A stretch of DNA of 64,000 bases from Octopus sinensis (Eukaryota): NCBI RefSeq assembly GCF_006345805.1, contig NW_021833026.1, forward strand, positions 124,001-188,000, given 5' to 3'. Position 1 is the first letter of the stretch, and each line of letters begins with the position of its first letter. The notes beneath the pieces were generated by a model. That model saw nothing but the letters and a program-made list of their open reading frames with translations, was not told the origin of the DNA and ran no database searches. Made by a program: the position numbers and the translations under genes. This document shows, one piece after another, positions 25,191 through 38,800 of this stretch.

Positions 25191-25939
25191 AAAGGGCAGT
25201 GATTGCCTTCAACAGGCGCCTAATTAATGTTAATTAATATCTCAATGCATTTAAGCTTCAACTCAATGTCATCCTCTGCGAAAAATCGCAATTTGGTTGA
25301 ATTCTTAATAAAGAATACATTTAAATTTTCAAAGCATATGTTTTTCGCATGCTGCTTTAGCCTAAATCGTTGTTTTCTGTTGGGATTGTCGTCTAATGTG
25401 TTTTCTTCTTAATTTTCTCTTATTTTTTTGATTTTTTCAAGAATTTCTGTGGTGAGCTTTATAATACGCATAGTTTTACGCATTTTTTATAAATTAAAAA
25501 GTACAATATTTTTCTAAAAGATTATAACTATATATATTTTTAAGCCAGGTGTCCATTTATCCGCGTATCCATTTATCCGACTGTGACATAGACCACTAGT
25601 CGATTGTATGACAAAATTTTAATAATTTCAGCTGGTTCTCCATATGGGGATTCAAATCTGTTTAGCTTAAGTGAAGGATTTGTACCATAATCCTTTAAAA
25701 CTCGAACCTATCAATTATTAACTAAACATAGTTCATTCTCAATTGAAAAATCGTATTTCGATTGATGAACATTCATTTTTTTATTCATCCGTTTAAAATA
25801 TTATGAATTTAAATTTGGTGGAGAAAAATTCAATACAAAATCATTATGATCCAAGTTTTCTAGCATACTTTATACAAAATTTATTTACCTGAAACATCTG
25901 AAATATTTAGAATCAGAAACCTGCTATTAATTTTTTTAA

Positions 25940-26379
25940 TTTTATACTTTAAGTAAAATAGAAAACTTGCAAATTGAGCATTTTTTGACGACTCGTTCTA
26001 TAATTTTCCACTTTATTGTAAAATAAGAGTGTAAACATTCCTGTTGCAGTTTACGAATTCCAGAATGGCTATTCCGATGAATAGAATCTGCAATAGTTTG
26101 CATTTTACTTTCATTATCCATGCAAATAACTAATTTGTGCTTTTGAAATCTTTCGTCTTTGAGGTATAACAATAAATTTGGTGGATTTTTTTGTTAATTT
26201 ATATTTTATCTGCCTTGAGAATGTCTGTAAAGGTTCGCTATTTAAGATACTCACTATAGATTGATATTCTAGATTGATGTTCCATGATAAAAACCACATT
26301 AATTATGACGTCTGACAGCCAATGACCTCGTAAAAATGATCTGTGAATAGGTGACATGTAGCCAGCATGGGACGCGACA
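25940..26379 (-). mobile_element. Ginger-like transposon remnant (5' end)
   Basis: LYLKD...IHRNSHSGIRKL...CSICKF is homologous to the 18295 transposase N-terminus; the terminus GACGCGACA ends at 26379. Confidence 0.55.
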
Positions 26380-26588
26380 TATTATCTTTAATAATATTAA
26401 TTTAAAATAAATTTTGAACATACAGTTCGGAAGTCGAAACCGCAAAAAAGATTCTCGGGGCCGCACTTCCATACACGTGCTTTAGACATTTAAACGGAAT
26501 TTATATATAATGATAACCTTAAATAAGCATCTAAATTAATTTTTTAAATCGGTTAACCTAAAAAGAAAAGAATACTAATTTTGTTGAT

Positions 26589-28497
26589 ATGGTATTTATG
26601 GATGGTCTCTCTAAGGATGAGTTGAACAGTATCGCAAAAGCTTTAAAAAACGAAAAATTTCGCAATTTACTTGCCGAGTACGCAGAGGAACTCAAAGACC
26701 CCGAAAACCGGCGTCGGTACGAAGAGGAAATAACCGAATTGGAAAAACAGCGAGGACGAGACATTCAGTTCATACTCCCCGAACCAGGGTTCTGTCTTAA
26801 AGCTCGTTCCAAAGATTCCGATACAATCTTCTATATCAACATGTCTTCCAACAAAGACATCCAAAAGCCATCCTGTCGTAGAGAGCGGGCAAATCAGTCC
26901 GGGGCTACGTGGTCGATACCCCACTCCATTTTCAAACCGAAAGAGGGAACGACTCCGAATCTCAAACAATGCACAATTGTGGACGTCGTCTTTCACCCCG
27001 ACACTATTTCTCTCTCCAGGAACGCAGCCTTCAGTAAAATGGCCATTCAGGTGGCTATTGAGAGCATCAACAAGGCTTTTGATCTCCGAATCGACCCCCG
27101 ATCGGCCAAATCACTTAAAATTCTTTACAAGGGGACCCCCACTGCCTCCATCATAAACAAGGACGGCTCCAACCGTCCTGTTGACCCGCCAACACTCGAA
27201 GAATTGCTTCCAAATAATCCTAAATGTATTCCGACGGAAAATAACCAGCCGACTCGGCCAGAATTCCAAATCAAATATCGTTCGAAGGTCGAGTTGAGGG
27301 ATTATGACCGACTCAGCACTCCCGCAGACCGTAGTAGGCCAAATGAACTCCAATTGACCGTTTTCCTTCCCAACGTGACCAGTGCGGGGGATGTGGACTT
27401 GGAGATATTCGAGAGACATGCAGTCCTCTCAGCTCCACCACCCCTTAATTATGACCTCCATATTCCTTTTAAACAGTCAGTTGACGAGGACAAGGGCAGG
27501 GCTGTGTTCGACAAGACACACAAAAAATTGATCGTCACCCTTCCAATCGTCTACAAGGATTTACCCCCTCAGCACCCTCCAATTGTCTCTGAAATACAAC
27601 CAGAAGAGAACGAGCCAGTCTCTGACGTGCCTATAGAAGAACCCCCTGTTTTATTGGGAAAAGAAATTGATCAAATTAGTCGGGAAATGCCTATTTTTGA
27701 CAGTCGACTGGAGGATGATGGATTGTACCTCATATTGAGGACACCAGGAGTGTCTCCAGACAATCTGACCGTAGAAGTGAGTGAAGAGAATAGACTGTGT
27801 GTACTCCTCACCTCCTTGGGTCAGGGAGGGTTCCCGCTTTATTACAAACTCGCTCTCTCTGTTGAAGGGGCCACATGCCTTTCTTACAGAACAGACATTT
27901 CTCAAGATAATGTCCTCCTTGTAATTTTGTATACTGCGGGAGAACAAGTGCCGGTGATCCACTATGGTCCTTCATTTGAGAATCTCTCATTGGTTAGTCC
28001 TCCTTCTAATGGTGTGTAGACTCTGAATCCTTCCACAAATATAACAGTGGAACCCCCCGACTCGGAGGGCAATGTATCTTCCTTAGCCTCAGATGGATTC
28101 ACAGTGAGCAAATCTGGTTTCTCCTACCCGAGGTCGTATTCCGAGTGTGAGCCGCCTAAAAGGTACAACTCCCTCAGTCCATTTTAGAGAGAAGAAGGTG
28201 TCGTTCTGTACTTCTGCCCACCAATTATCCTACGATACTAAGTCTGCCGTCTCCAGATTGTTTGTGGATCCAAAGCCTCGAATGTCTAAACGAGAGAGGA
28301 GGAATTCCAATTTGACTGTAAGGAATTGCTTCTTTGTTATTCGACAGGAAAAAAAACAGATTTCTAAGATTGTCAAGACTCCGTTGAACGACGTGGGGAA
28401 AGAAGAAAGTTGCCTTTCAACTGAGCCTCGTAAGTTGGTGTCGATTGGCAAGTTTGACATTTCCAACGAAATTGCTTTCGAACTGGACAATGACTGA
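26589..28497 (+). CDS. DNAAF2: Kintoun / dynein axonemal assembly factor 2 (PIH1 + CS domains)
   Basis: EKFRNLLAEYAEELKDPENRRRYEEEITELE, FILPEPGFCLK, WSIPHS and VDVVFHPDT; C-terminal ISNEIAFELDND*. Later exons are joined by micro-introns, including an in-frame one at 28318-28347. Confidence 0.9.
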
Positions 28498-28716
28498 TTT
28501 GTTTTTAAGACACAATGTTTTCCTCACAGTGAGGATGACAGTTTGTCTTTCCTTTGGATAGGCTTGGGGATATGTTTTGGCATAGTTTTTTCTGTATTTC
28601 AATTTGTTGAGTTTGTTTCTATGTCCGGGCACTTAGAGACGTGGCTGATTGCCCATATACTTTTTCCCGGGAGCATTAATTAGAAGAATCGATATTTAAT
28701 TAGAAAAGTGGAATAT

Positions 28717-29829
28717 TTATTTTCCAGCATACATGACTATTATAATAACAACTATCACGATGAGGACACCAATGCAGATTATCTTTTTCTAAAAAAAGTG
28801 TTTACTCCAAACTCACTCGCCTCGCACTGCTTTGGAATCCCACGGCCTTTTTGGTGTCATTCCTGGCGGATTCCACATAGTCGACGGCCTGGTCTACGTT
28901 GTATTCCAACCGGTCTAATATTTCTCCCTGCGAAGAGTTCGCTGACTAGTCAACCTGACACTCCACCAACTGGGCGATGTCGCTAAACATTTCGGTGACT
29001 TCATTAATGCTTTTTTCCAGTTTGAGAATGTCTTTGTGACGGGCCTCGACGTCATTTAGCAGTTTCTTGTCCTGGTCGGTCACAATCTAGTGCTGAGGCA
29101 GTATCCTCACGTTCTGAGTAAAGACTTGGGAATTCCCTGACCGGAGCATGTCCTCCATCTCAATTTCGTCAACAACTTTCCCCGCTGGTGAATGATGGAC
29201 TATTGGAAACTTATTTGCAGATGTCGTTGGATTCGTTTTTTGCATTTGTCCCTGAAATCAAGTTGGGAGGAGTTGTAGTCGTTCATTAACTCAATGAACC
29301 GATTTGATCCCGAGACAAGCTGGGAGTCAAAACACACCAAACCTGCATTTTCTTTATTCGATAATAACTGGATGTGTCATTCGAAATCTCCTCCTGCTCC
29401 ACGTTGTTTTCCATTTCTCCATTACTCCCACAAATCACAACCTTTCAGTTGTTCGCGGATTTCGCTGGCCGACGACTTAATGTGACTCATAGCCTGGTCC
29501 ATTCTGACTTTTAGATCTAAGAAGTTGGTTAAATTAATCGAAGCAGCAATCAATTAATTATTCTATTAATAAACCACCTTCTTCATCTCCTGTTGAAACG
29601 AGAATTGACTTGTGGATTCTCTTTACGGATTCCACTAAATTTGACATTGCCTCCAGTGCTGCCCATAAATTTCGGACCTTTCGTTTAATATGTTTAGCCT
29701 ACCTCGTCGGCGAAAACCACCAAGACGTGGTCATCAGCCATCTCGTCGATCACCACACCACTGAGTGACCCGAACTCGATATTTATCATTACATACTTTT
29801 TTTAGATCGGGGAGCCTATCTTTTCCCAT
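28717..29829 (-). CDS. STX1: Syntaxin-1-like plasma-membrane t-SNARE
   Basis: [11 protein letters not shown] start; [30 protein letters not shown]; [50 protein letters not shown]; C-terminal [25 protein letters not shown]. Confidence 0.9.
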
Positions 29830-29984
29830 TCTACTCTATAACTATTTTGCTATTAATACAAAAATGGGTAGCCAATACAAATAAAAATAATTAAAAAATA
29901 TTATATTTAAATAATATTTTTTAGAATATTCCTGCTACATAATTCTCATTAAACTCCTCTTAGAGATTGGTTTAATCATCTTGA

Positions 29985-30145
29985 GGAGGAGTCACGATAG
30001 TCGTGAAACGAGCTGGCTTTTTCAGAGGATATCGTTCGCGATATTACGTGGAAATTGCCTGTCCATCCGCTCGGCGACTCATCTAATTTAGTTAACTTCT
30101 CTATTTTCTTTGGACCTGATTTGAACATTTCATAATAAAAAAAAT
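29985..30145 (+). mobile_element. Extremely 5'-truncated CRE 3' end with A-rich tail
   Basis: RRSHDSRETSWLFQRISFAILRGNCLSI matches the C-terminus of the 33352 CRE ORF (WLFERISLAIVRGNCVSI). Confidence 0.6.
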
Positions 30146-30949
30146 TTTAAGCATAAAAAAATTTTAAGTATTCTCATTATAATACTTCCAAGTCCCAAAG
30201 TCCTGCCTAGATGTGTTCAGAAGTTATATATTTTAAAACGAATTTTTTCTAATAAATCATTCAAGACAGAAATTAAATTTTTTATTAAATTTGTTTACTA
30301 AAATATATTAAAAACGTTATATAAACACGCTATGTACTCCCACAAGCACAATAAACATTTCAATACAGTTCTAAGGCAAATTAGGGATACACCATAACCC
30401 CAGCCTCGCCAATTTGTAGGAGGCAAACAGACATCTTGACCATTTTTTGGAAGTAAACATTATTTTTGCATAGAGAGCGATGGGCACATAGAGAGCGATG
30501 GGAGAGATAGGTTTCCAGATAGATAGTTATTGGAAGAATGCCAAAGACCCGAATTAGTATGGACTTGTCAGACTCAATAGAGGTTTATTTGTTTAATTAT
30601 ATTTGTCTCCGAATTCGCATACTGAATTCTTTTAAAGTCTGTCAATCTAAAAATTTATATAAAGGTAAATTGTAGGACAGATACAATATTATTATGGTTC
30701 TCAATGCCACTCTATTTTTAAAATTTAAATAGCAGGAGTTTTTAATTATGCTAAAAAGTAATTTTCTTGCTATATGATTGGGGTCAGCAAATACCGGCTC
30801 GCGAAAAATAAAATGGCCCGTGAACAAATTTGATAATACTAAAGCAAATTGGCCCACCAACAAACTTTACTAATTAAAATTGGGCCGCGGGCCATTATTA
30901 TTTGCACTGTGATAATGTATTATTTGCACTGTGATAATGTAAAATGTAT

Positions 30950-32460
30950 AGAAAAACTGATTAAATTCCCACGTATGCCACACATGAGACTGCTGGCTTG
31001 ATAATATTTTTCCAGGATGCGCGGTTTCGTGCTATACTCCTGAGAGTATCAAGGTCGTGTCCATTTTCAGCTGTCTTTTAATGCGTTACATACTCAGTTT
31101 TTTCACACATCATTTTCAGGAAGCACTTTTCCAGTGCATGGAGAGTAATGTTCAGTAGTTCCTCAAGTGTCGACTTATCATGTGACAGAAAATATACATC
31201 GTCGCATAAATCAATTCAGTTATTGACTCAGTCTTCACTAGTTTTCTCAGATCTCTTAGTGCCGTTTTGAGATAGACAATAGTACAAGCGATATGAATCA
31301 CCTTAGAGTTGTCCAACGTTTGTTTTGAAAGACCTTGATACTACTGACCCCATCTTTACTGTCATCTCGGTGTCTAAGCAGTTCTCAGACCATTCTGATC
31401 GAGTCATTGTCAAGAATAATTTTGAAGACTTCCATTAGCTTGTCTCTGCGGATCGCATAAAATGCTTTACTCATATCAATCCCCAATATCGTGGTTGTTA
31501 TTTCCAACTTCTGAGATATGGCACCCATATTACATCTGCAGTTGATCTCCCAGGCCTAATTCTACTTTGGCTAGCCGAAGATAGTCAGTGACAGGATCTT
31601 TAATGCGTTCCAGTGTTAGCTGAGATCTCTTTTGGGGAGTACTTTACCAATTCACCGTTGATGTTGTCTGGACCTGGCGCACGGTTTTTTTAGTTTTTTA
31701 TTCAAAACTTCAAGATGTGTTATTTTGTTGTTTAAATAACGTTCTTCAACTTTATCGATAGCATCGGTCCTGTCATTGAATTCTCTTTCGAAGTGGCTGG
31801 CAAATATATTCGTCATTTTGATTGGGTTTCCAATTGTTTTACCATGTTTGCTGTCGACGACGCAGTTGCCTGGTGGCCGTACATCTGTGCACCATCCTGC
31901 AGATCTTCAGAATTTGATATTCAAGAGTTTCATTAAGTTTTCACGTATTTTAAAATTTCTTTCTTGATTGTTCTAGATATTTTCCAACGTTCTCTTTTGA
32001 GTTTTCCTTTTCTTTCTGGTCGTTGATGTTTTCAATTTTAAATTAGATGGCCCTTTGCATGTCCTATATCGGACATATTTGGATTTAACAGGTTTAAATG
32101 ATTTTTCCATGCAGTTATTTCGAATAGATTCCTTCGCAGCTTTGTGAATAAGTTTTTTAATATATCCCAGCTTTTGTTTGGGTCTTTCCCCGTCTCTGTT
32201 ACATGTAGATTTTTGATGATTGCCTGGGAGTATTTTCTCTCGTAACATCTGATGTAATCAGTTTTCCCAAAATATTTTATTCCGATTGATTCATTCTCTG
32301 TTAAAACAGAAAATCCAAAGAATCTTTTCACTTTTAGTCGGGTCATAATGACTTCGTGGTCGCTTATCTCTTGTCCATTTAGGCTCATAAACATATCTTC
32401 GCAATGGCCTGCTTTTGCATTCCAGTCACCGGTAATTAGTATAAGGAAGGATTTTGATAG
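30950..32460 (-). mobile_element. Degenerate, internally deleted RTE-like element
   Basis: ITGDWNAK (endonuclease), APGPDNINGEL, GRSTADVI and ILGIDMSKAF, with many stops. Boundaries approximate. Confidence 0.7.
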
Positions 32461-33311
32461 TCATGTAGATTTTTGATAGCATGTGGTAGAAAGAGTGGTT
32501 CATGTTTTTCTTCAGTCTCACTTTTTGGGGGCCTAGACATTAACAATGCTGATTATTCAACGCGAGTTGCTCGTAATTTTTTTCGCAGTTTTAGTACACA
32601 TACGGTCGTTTACACAATAGTATTTGTGAATTAAATTCCAAAAAGTTTTATGAATGCCAAACCTCTGGCTATAATGATGTGATTTTGATGGGTGGAGGAT
32701 GATTTTGTACTCGTTGTGTATCTCATATAGTTCTGAGACTATTCTTTTCAAACGCCAGTGAAACAAACTCCACGTTGTTCGGGAAAGAGGCGTACTCTGA
32801 TTTCAGTGTTAATTAATTTTACAAGATTTATGTATTTCCAAAATAATGAAACATTTTTAAAATACATTTTTCATATTCAAAAATATGTTCGAGTCTGTCC
32901 ATCTTAATTCTCTATTCTAACTTTTTGATTCAAAAAAACTAATAAAAATTCGCTAAATCTAGAATTTAATAATTGAAATAGTTGAAAATAAAATGACACC
33001 GTCAAAGCCAAAGAGAGAATAAGTGCATTTTTATCTCTATACTTGGTGTAATGCACGTGCCTAATTCCAAATAATCACTCTTCCTGTGTTAGAGACTTTG
33101 AGCTTTGAATTTCTTGACGTATGGTTTAATAGTCCTTTCCTTTTCTAGCTTTTCAGTTTTTCTGGAGATTTAGCCGCTTAAATCTCCGCCTCCTATACAT
33201 TATCCTTCTCTAAAGCGTCGTTCAATTCTTTTTCATAACATCTGCAACTTTTAAGTGTCTACTTCACCTTAGGTCATTTAAAGCCAAAACGATTTTGTGA
33301 GAAAGTATTTT

Positions 33312-35673
33312 TATTTTTTTTTAAATGTTATATGTAATTAACAAATAGATATTAACTAACTAAATTCCCGGCATCGTAAATGGAAACACAGTTTCCACGT
33401 ACTATGGCCAAGGAAATCCTTTCGAAAAGCCACTTGGACTCGCGTGGGTCTCCCCGTTTATGGGAGATCATGCGGCCAAGCTTTTTTAGAAAGGAAAGAG
33501 ACTTTTCGCCGATGACGCCGGAAGTCTCGACGGCGATGGGAGTGAACAGATACCGTTCAGAGAGCTCCTTGTACTTTCCAATCTTCATCTTCTCGGTTTT
33601 GCGAGAGACTGAGCCAGGCTCGACAGCTGAAGAAGGAAGGTTGAGCTCCGAGAAAGTGTCTGAACACGTCGCATCCCATAACAGAGACTTACCGAACTCA
33701 AACGGGAAAGTCGATAGGCCGTCGGGTCTTTTTCCGTCTCCCCTCGCAAGCCCGACGGGTTCGAGGATTGATGGAATCCCAGCGGCCGTGAGCCCCCTCT
33801 GAATAACGTCGTTAAGTGCTGCATGGCGTGGTGCGCGCCCTGCACTGCGACGACAGGAAAGGGGATGTAGACCAAAACGGTCAATGACAGCACCACAACG
33901 ACATTTGTGTATTTCGCAGATTTCCAATCCAAGACGCAATGATAAACCAATTCGTAGGCAATCTTTGTCTAATAGGTTACCGGTGGAAGGGACAGGGAGA
34001 GCATCCAGCCAGGCCCCACTCCCTGTGCAGCAGCCTGCGCGGAGACATGCAAGTCTGTGCTGATCGAAATTTTTGCGTAGATGTACGTCAAGAGCTTCAC
34101 AAGAAATGGCATCCCATTGAGCTTGGATACACGGGTCACTGGGTCTTTTGTTGTACAATGAATCCCACAGGTCCAAAGCGGCCACGTGATCAACTGACAT
34201 TTTTCGTTCGGGTAGGTTTCTGAGAACAATGTCAGTGAGGACACGGGATGATGCCGTTGACGAAAGGAAAGCAGGAAGAGCGATAGACACGGGAGAACGG
34301 AGTCCAATCCCACCGCGGCTTACAGGCAGGGTGGATTGAATCCAACCAAGAGGGTCGAAACGTACGTTGCATAGCGACTCTGCTCCGGACTTCAGAATAT
34401 TTTCAATAACGGAAAGGAGATTTTGTTCGTGAAAACACGGAGAGCTTCTTAATGTATATAGGAGCTTCGGAGTTGAAAAGTAATTACGGAGAAGAAAGAA
34501 CCCGACATGAGCGTCGATGAGAGAGAGTCTTTGAATAATGCATGACAGAACAGCTGCCTTGTCAATAAGAGTTTGAGACAAAGCCTCGCGACCAATTGGG
34601 GAGCCAAGGATGAGGAGGTTTTTTTTATCAGTGATCCGCACGCCTTTTAAAATATCTTCCAGAACGGCCATAGTTTCGACAAAAATTCCGTGTGGGATAT
34701 TGAGATTTATAACTTCGGATTTGGCAGAGTTTATCTCAAGACCAATAGATGAAGGGCAGGGATAATTACGCGAAGGTCCTCTAGGACAGAGCATGGTGGT
34801 CCACATATTGTGGCGTCATCAAGATACCAGATGTTTATAGGGGAAAGGACAGAGTGGGCAATGGAGTTGACGCAGATTGCAAACAACAGAGGACCAAGAG
34901 GATCTCCCTGTTGTACACCGGTCGAAGATACGATAACGGAATCACCGAACAAGAGGAGACTTGGTTGAGAGTAAGATAGATGGACCAGACGATAAGCCGA
35001 GGGGCAAGAGCATAGCAGGACTCCAACAGGAAATCTCTTCTGACTGAATTAAATGCGTTGGAGATGTCCAGTTTAACCAAAATAAATTCTTCTGGAGTCT
35101 CCATTAGTTCCCTTACAGCATGGGCGGCCGACTCACAACCTCCGCTGATTCCAACTCCCAATTGCGCGGGCAGAAATTTTTGGGCCAGCTCGGGGACTAC
35201 TGCGTGGCAGACAAGCTTTCCGGCCAATCTGCGAAAAATATTGCCGACGGCGATCGGTCTAACACCATTATCTTTCTTCCCCAGGGCGGTGAGATTAGCA
35301 GAAAAGAAAATCGTCCGTGCAAAGTCAGGTAAATCTCCCCCGATAAGGCGGTTGCATAGATCCGTAATAGAAGACAATAGTTGGCGACCAGCCTCAGCAG
35401 TTAGGGGAGAAATCAGATCTTTAATGTGTCCTGGTTTCAAACCATCGATGCCCCCACTGCTGCTTGGGGAGAAACTTTTGAGTGCCTTCACAACTTGTTC
35501 CGCAGAAACTAGTAGTTGTGGAAATGCAATCGAATCAATAGCAGGTGGTGTGCGGTAATTAACGGGATGCGGAGGGTGTTTAGACCTCAGATTAGACAAA
35601 ACCGATGGAGAGGGAGATAACAGTCGGTTCGAAGAGGCAACAAGTCTGACCGCTCCACGGACATCACCATCCA
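33312..35673 (-). mobile_element. 5'-truncated CRE-clade retrotransposon with 13-bp TSD
   Basis: RT motifs (VRPIAVGN, KLDISNAFNSV, GVQQGDPLGP, WYLDD), CCHC and RLE (GKRPDG, WDATC, PIAVETSG); two frameshifts; A-rich tail; TSD GAGAAAGTATTTT at 33299-33311 and 35674-35686. Confidence 0.92.
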
Positions 35674-35789
35674 GAGAAAGTATTTTGTTAATTATTTTGT
35701 GTATTGTTAAAATAATTTTAAAATTTATTAAAGCTAAAAAATTAAATAAATTAATATTAGCGTGTTACTTTCGTTAACATTCCTTCTAA

Positions 35790-36119
35790 GTTAGGTTAAT
35801 TCGGTCTATGATTTCATTATTATTATGATGCAATGATATTTTATGGGAATCTTAATGAGACCACTCTTAGCGTTAGTATTATACTTATTACTGTTCTTAG
35901 GATTTCTCAGTTTTTTAATTCGCTCATACTCTCAGGAGTGATCTGATTTGATTCTATATTGAATACCATATTGGAAATATTGTGCAATTCAATTTATACA
36001 TTTTTAAAATGGTTAGTTAGGTAAATTCGGTCTATGATTTCATTAACATTATGATGCAGTGATATTCTATGGGAATCTTAATGAGACCGCTCTTAGCACA
36101 AGTATAATACTTAATACTG
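35790..36119. repeat. Two diverged direct repeats of 104 bp, period 226 bp
   Basis: 35790-35893 and 36016-36119 (gttagg..aattcggtctatgatttcatt...gggaatcttaatgagacc.ctcttagc). Confidence 0.8.
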
Positions 36120-38149
36120 CTTTTTATGACCTGTCAGTTTTTGTAATTAGATCATCCTCTGATTCGAATATCACATTCAATTTACAAGTTTTTAAGTCAG
36201 CCAAAAAAGGTTTTCAAAATATAAAATTCCGAAAAACTTGAAACGATCTTCAAATATGCTCAAGGCAGCAGAGTTCTTCGACCTCACTCAGAACTTTCAA
36301 ATATTCTGTATACTTGTGACAATGACAAGAATTACTAGAATACTAAATTTAATCGTTTACTATACAGGTAAGAATCATTTGCTATTTCTATGTGCACAAA
36401 TTTTGCGGTTGGTTTTCAGGTTACTTGGACCCGCTCCTTGGTTAACACAGAATGTTTCTGTACTGCCTGTCAGCCGTACCTAGGCTAACTAGCTTAATGT
36501 TCTTTCTTCTACGCTTTCGGATAAGTCCTCAATAAGGAATTGCTTAGTTTTAATAGTGAACGTGAAATTGAATAAAGTTAATTGGTCTATCTATCTTTGA
36601 ATAAAGTTAATTGGTCCAATTACCTTTATCTATTATTTTTTGTGCCTGCTTTGCAGGTTTTTTTACATAATGTTCTTTCTTGGTACTTTTGCTAGACATA
36701 TAACCTACTCTACTTTGCATAAATATGGTGGTCAACAAAGCCAAGGTTAAAGTGGCTCTGTACGTAGTTCATGGCTACAACTGCTGACACATACCTGGAA
36801 GCCGAGGTTAATATGTGGCACGGAACTAGCCTCTTCTACAAGCGCTACCTCGCTTTGCAAAATTCTGGTTTATATTCCTGTAGCCTATGCGAATTCCTTA
36901 AAGTGAGGATTCAAATAGGTGACTTTACATTTTACCTAGGGGCGATGTATTCGAAGAACTTTACGGCGTGTTCCTGGCACGCTCGATCTGGCACCGTTGC
37001 CTGACCCTAAGTCTAATCCTGTCTGACTTTTTTGAGTCTACTCCTTCGGCTTCAAACCTTAGGCAAGACCGCGAATCAACTCCTCACTGACTTTTGATAG
37101 GAGAATTTCCTTGACCGCCATGTTACAAGTATGAATTCCTAGTCAGCGAATTGCAACTTATAATCCTCTTGAATGCGACCCTTTTAAGTGATCAAAAATA
37201 GATTACAATATTTCCAACATTGACGTCTTGACAAAACCGTTTATATAAATAAATATATGGTTCCGACGATGTTCTTGCATGATACTGTCCCCAGCATCAA
37301 ATGCCTCTCCTCCAGGAAGAACGGGTTCAGATTCCCGATCTGTCAGCAGCATTTCCATCCCACCTCCATTAAAATTTCGCAATTTGCCTTTCATACCTCA
37401 CACCTAAAAGTCTTGTATTCGATGCTTCACGGAGGCAAGAAAACGTATCCACCGCACTCAATGGTCCTTTGCGTTTGTCTCTTTCACACGAGACTATATT
37501 CAAGAGATACCGACGTGTCTTTTCCGAGGTCCCTGAGGCGTGAAGGATTTTTCCAAATGGCGTCAATGATCATCCTCTGGAAGTCAACTCATTAAACTAT
37601 TCGAGTTCCGAGGTTTTATGAAAATTTCTTTACGGATTCTCAAGTCAGTCAGGATACAGGTTTTCACATGCCTCTCTTCTTTTGTCAACAATGCGCTCTC
37701 GTCCGATAGATGCGAAGCATGGTCTTGTCTAATTAGCTTTGCCCTACTTGCGCTCGGAACCCCAATCCGTACTTGGAGAGATCCACGCCTTCTTTTGACA
37801 TTGATTATAGAGAACATCAGGAGAATCTCTTTGCATCCAGTAACAATTTTCCTGTAGTTAATTACAAATGTCCTCATAAAAACCAAAAAACATTCCAAAG
37901 TGTTTGGAGAACACCCTGAATGTACGTATCAGTATCAAACTAGCCAAAGGTGACGTCCGAACACAGTCTCAAACGACGACACACTGCTAAAACCGACTCC
38001 TGAAGTTCTTATTTATTTGAGATTAAAACACCCGGACCCTTCAAATAATTTAAGACCTCTTACTCCCCCATCTGTGCCTTGAAACCTCAATCCCTTAAAA
38101 GAAGAAATTAAAATTTTAATCCAATCATTTGGGGAAAGCAGCTACGGTG

Positions 38150-38800
38150 CACTCGATGGCTTACGCCTGGGCCATACAAAAGAACTCACCTCTCCCTCAA
38201 CTGGAGAGGCAGGTATTACCCTGATATCCGTTATAGCTGCTCTAGTCGGTAGGATATTGAGCGGTGTGACCCCCCACTTTGCGAGGAGCATGCTTTTCTC
38301 GGGACATCTATTTACATTCCTGAAAAAGAACAACGGAATAAGTCTCATAGCAGTTGGGAACTACTTTCCCCGCCTAACTGCTAAATTGGCAGGGAGGAGT
38401 ATATGCCCTGCCTCAGCTTAGAATTTACCCATCATTCTCTCGGGGTAGAGATTCCCAACGGTTGCGATGCAGCAGTTCATGCTTTCAGAAGACTTTTCTT
38501 TTCTAGGTCTCCATCCGCAATATTGTCATCCGCGTCTTTTCCTACATCGGCCGCGGCTTTGAAGGAAGCCACAAAACCAAAAAGTACAAACACCTTTCCG
38601 TTCACATTCCTTTCTCCTCTGACATTCGAGACCTCCGGAACCTTCGGCCCGCAAACATCCAAATTCCTAAAGGAAGTCGACCTTATTTATGGTTGAAAGA
38701 AAATGGATGCACGCTAATTTTCTTGACTGAGACAGAGAATTTTGCTTACAATTGTGCAGGGATACGCACAAGCCATCCGTTTGGCCGAGATTTATCCGTT
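38150..38800 (+). mobile_element. Internally deleted, degenerate CRE element
   Basis: KKNNGISLIAVGNYFPRLTAK and LGVEIPNGCDAAVHA joined to PLTFETSGTFGPQTSKFLK...ILLTIVQG. Confidence 0.6.

Noticed and set aside
33380-35558. Plus-strand ORFs of 70-166 aa over the CRE element, and similar ORFs over RTE, GANAB and DNAAF2
   Set aside because: These are antisense shadow frames of real coding sequence with no motifs of their own.
36440-38100. Degenerate gag-like or LINE-derived region
   Set aside because: It has elevated GC and hints of coding decay, but no motif solid enough to name.
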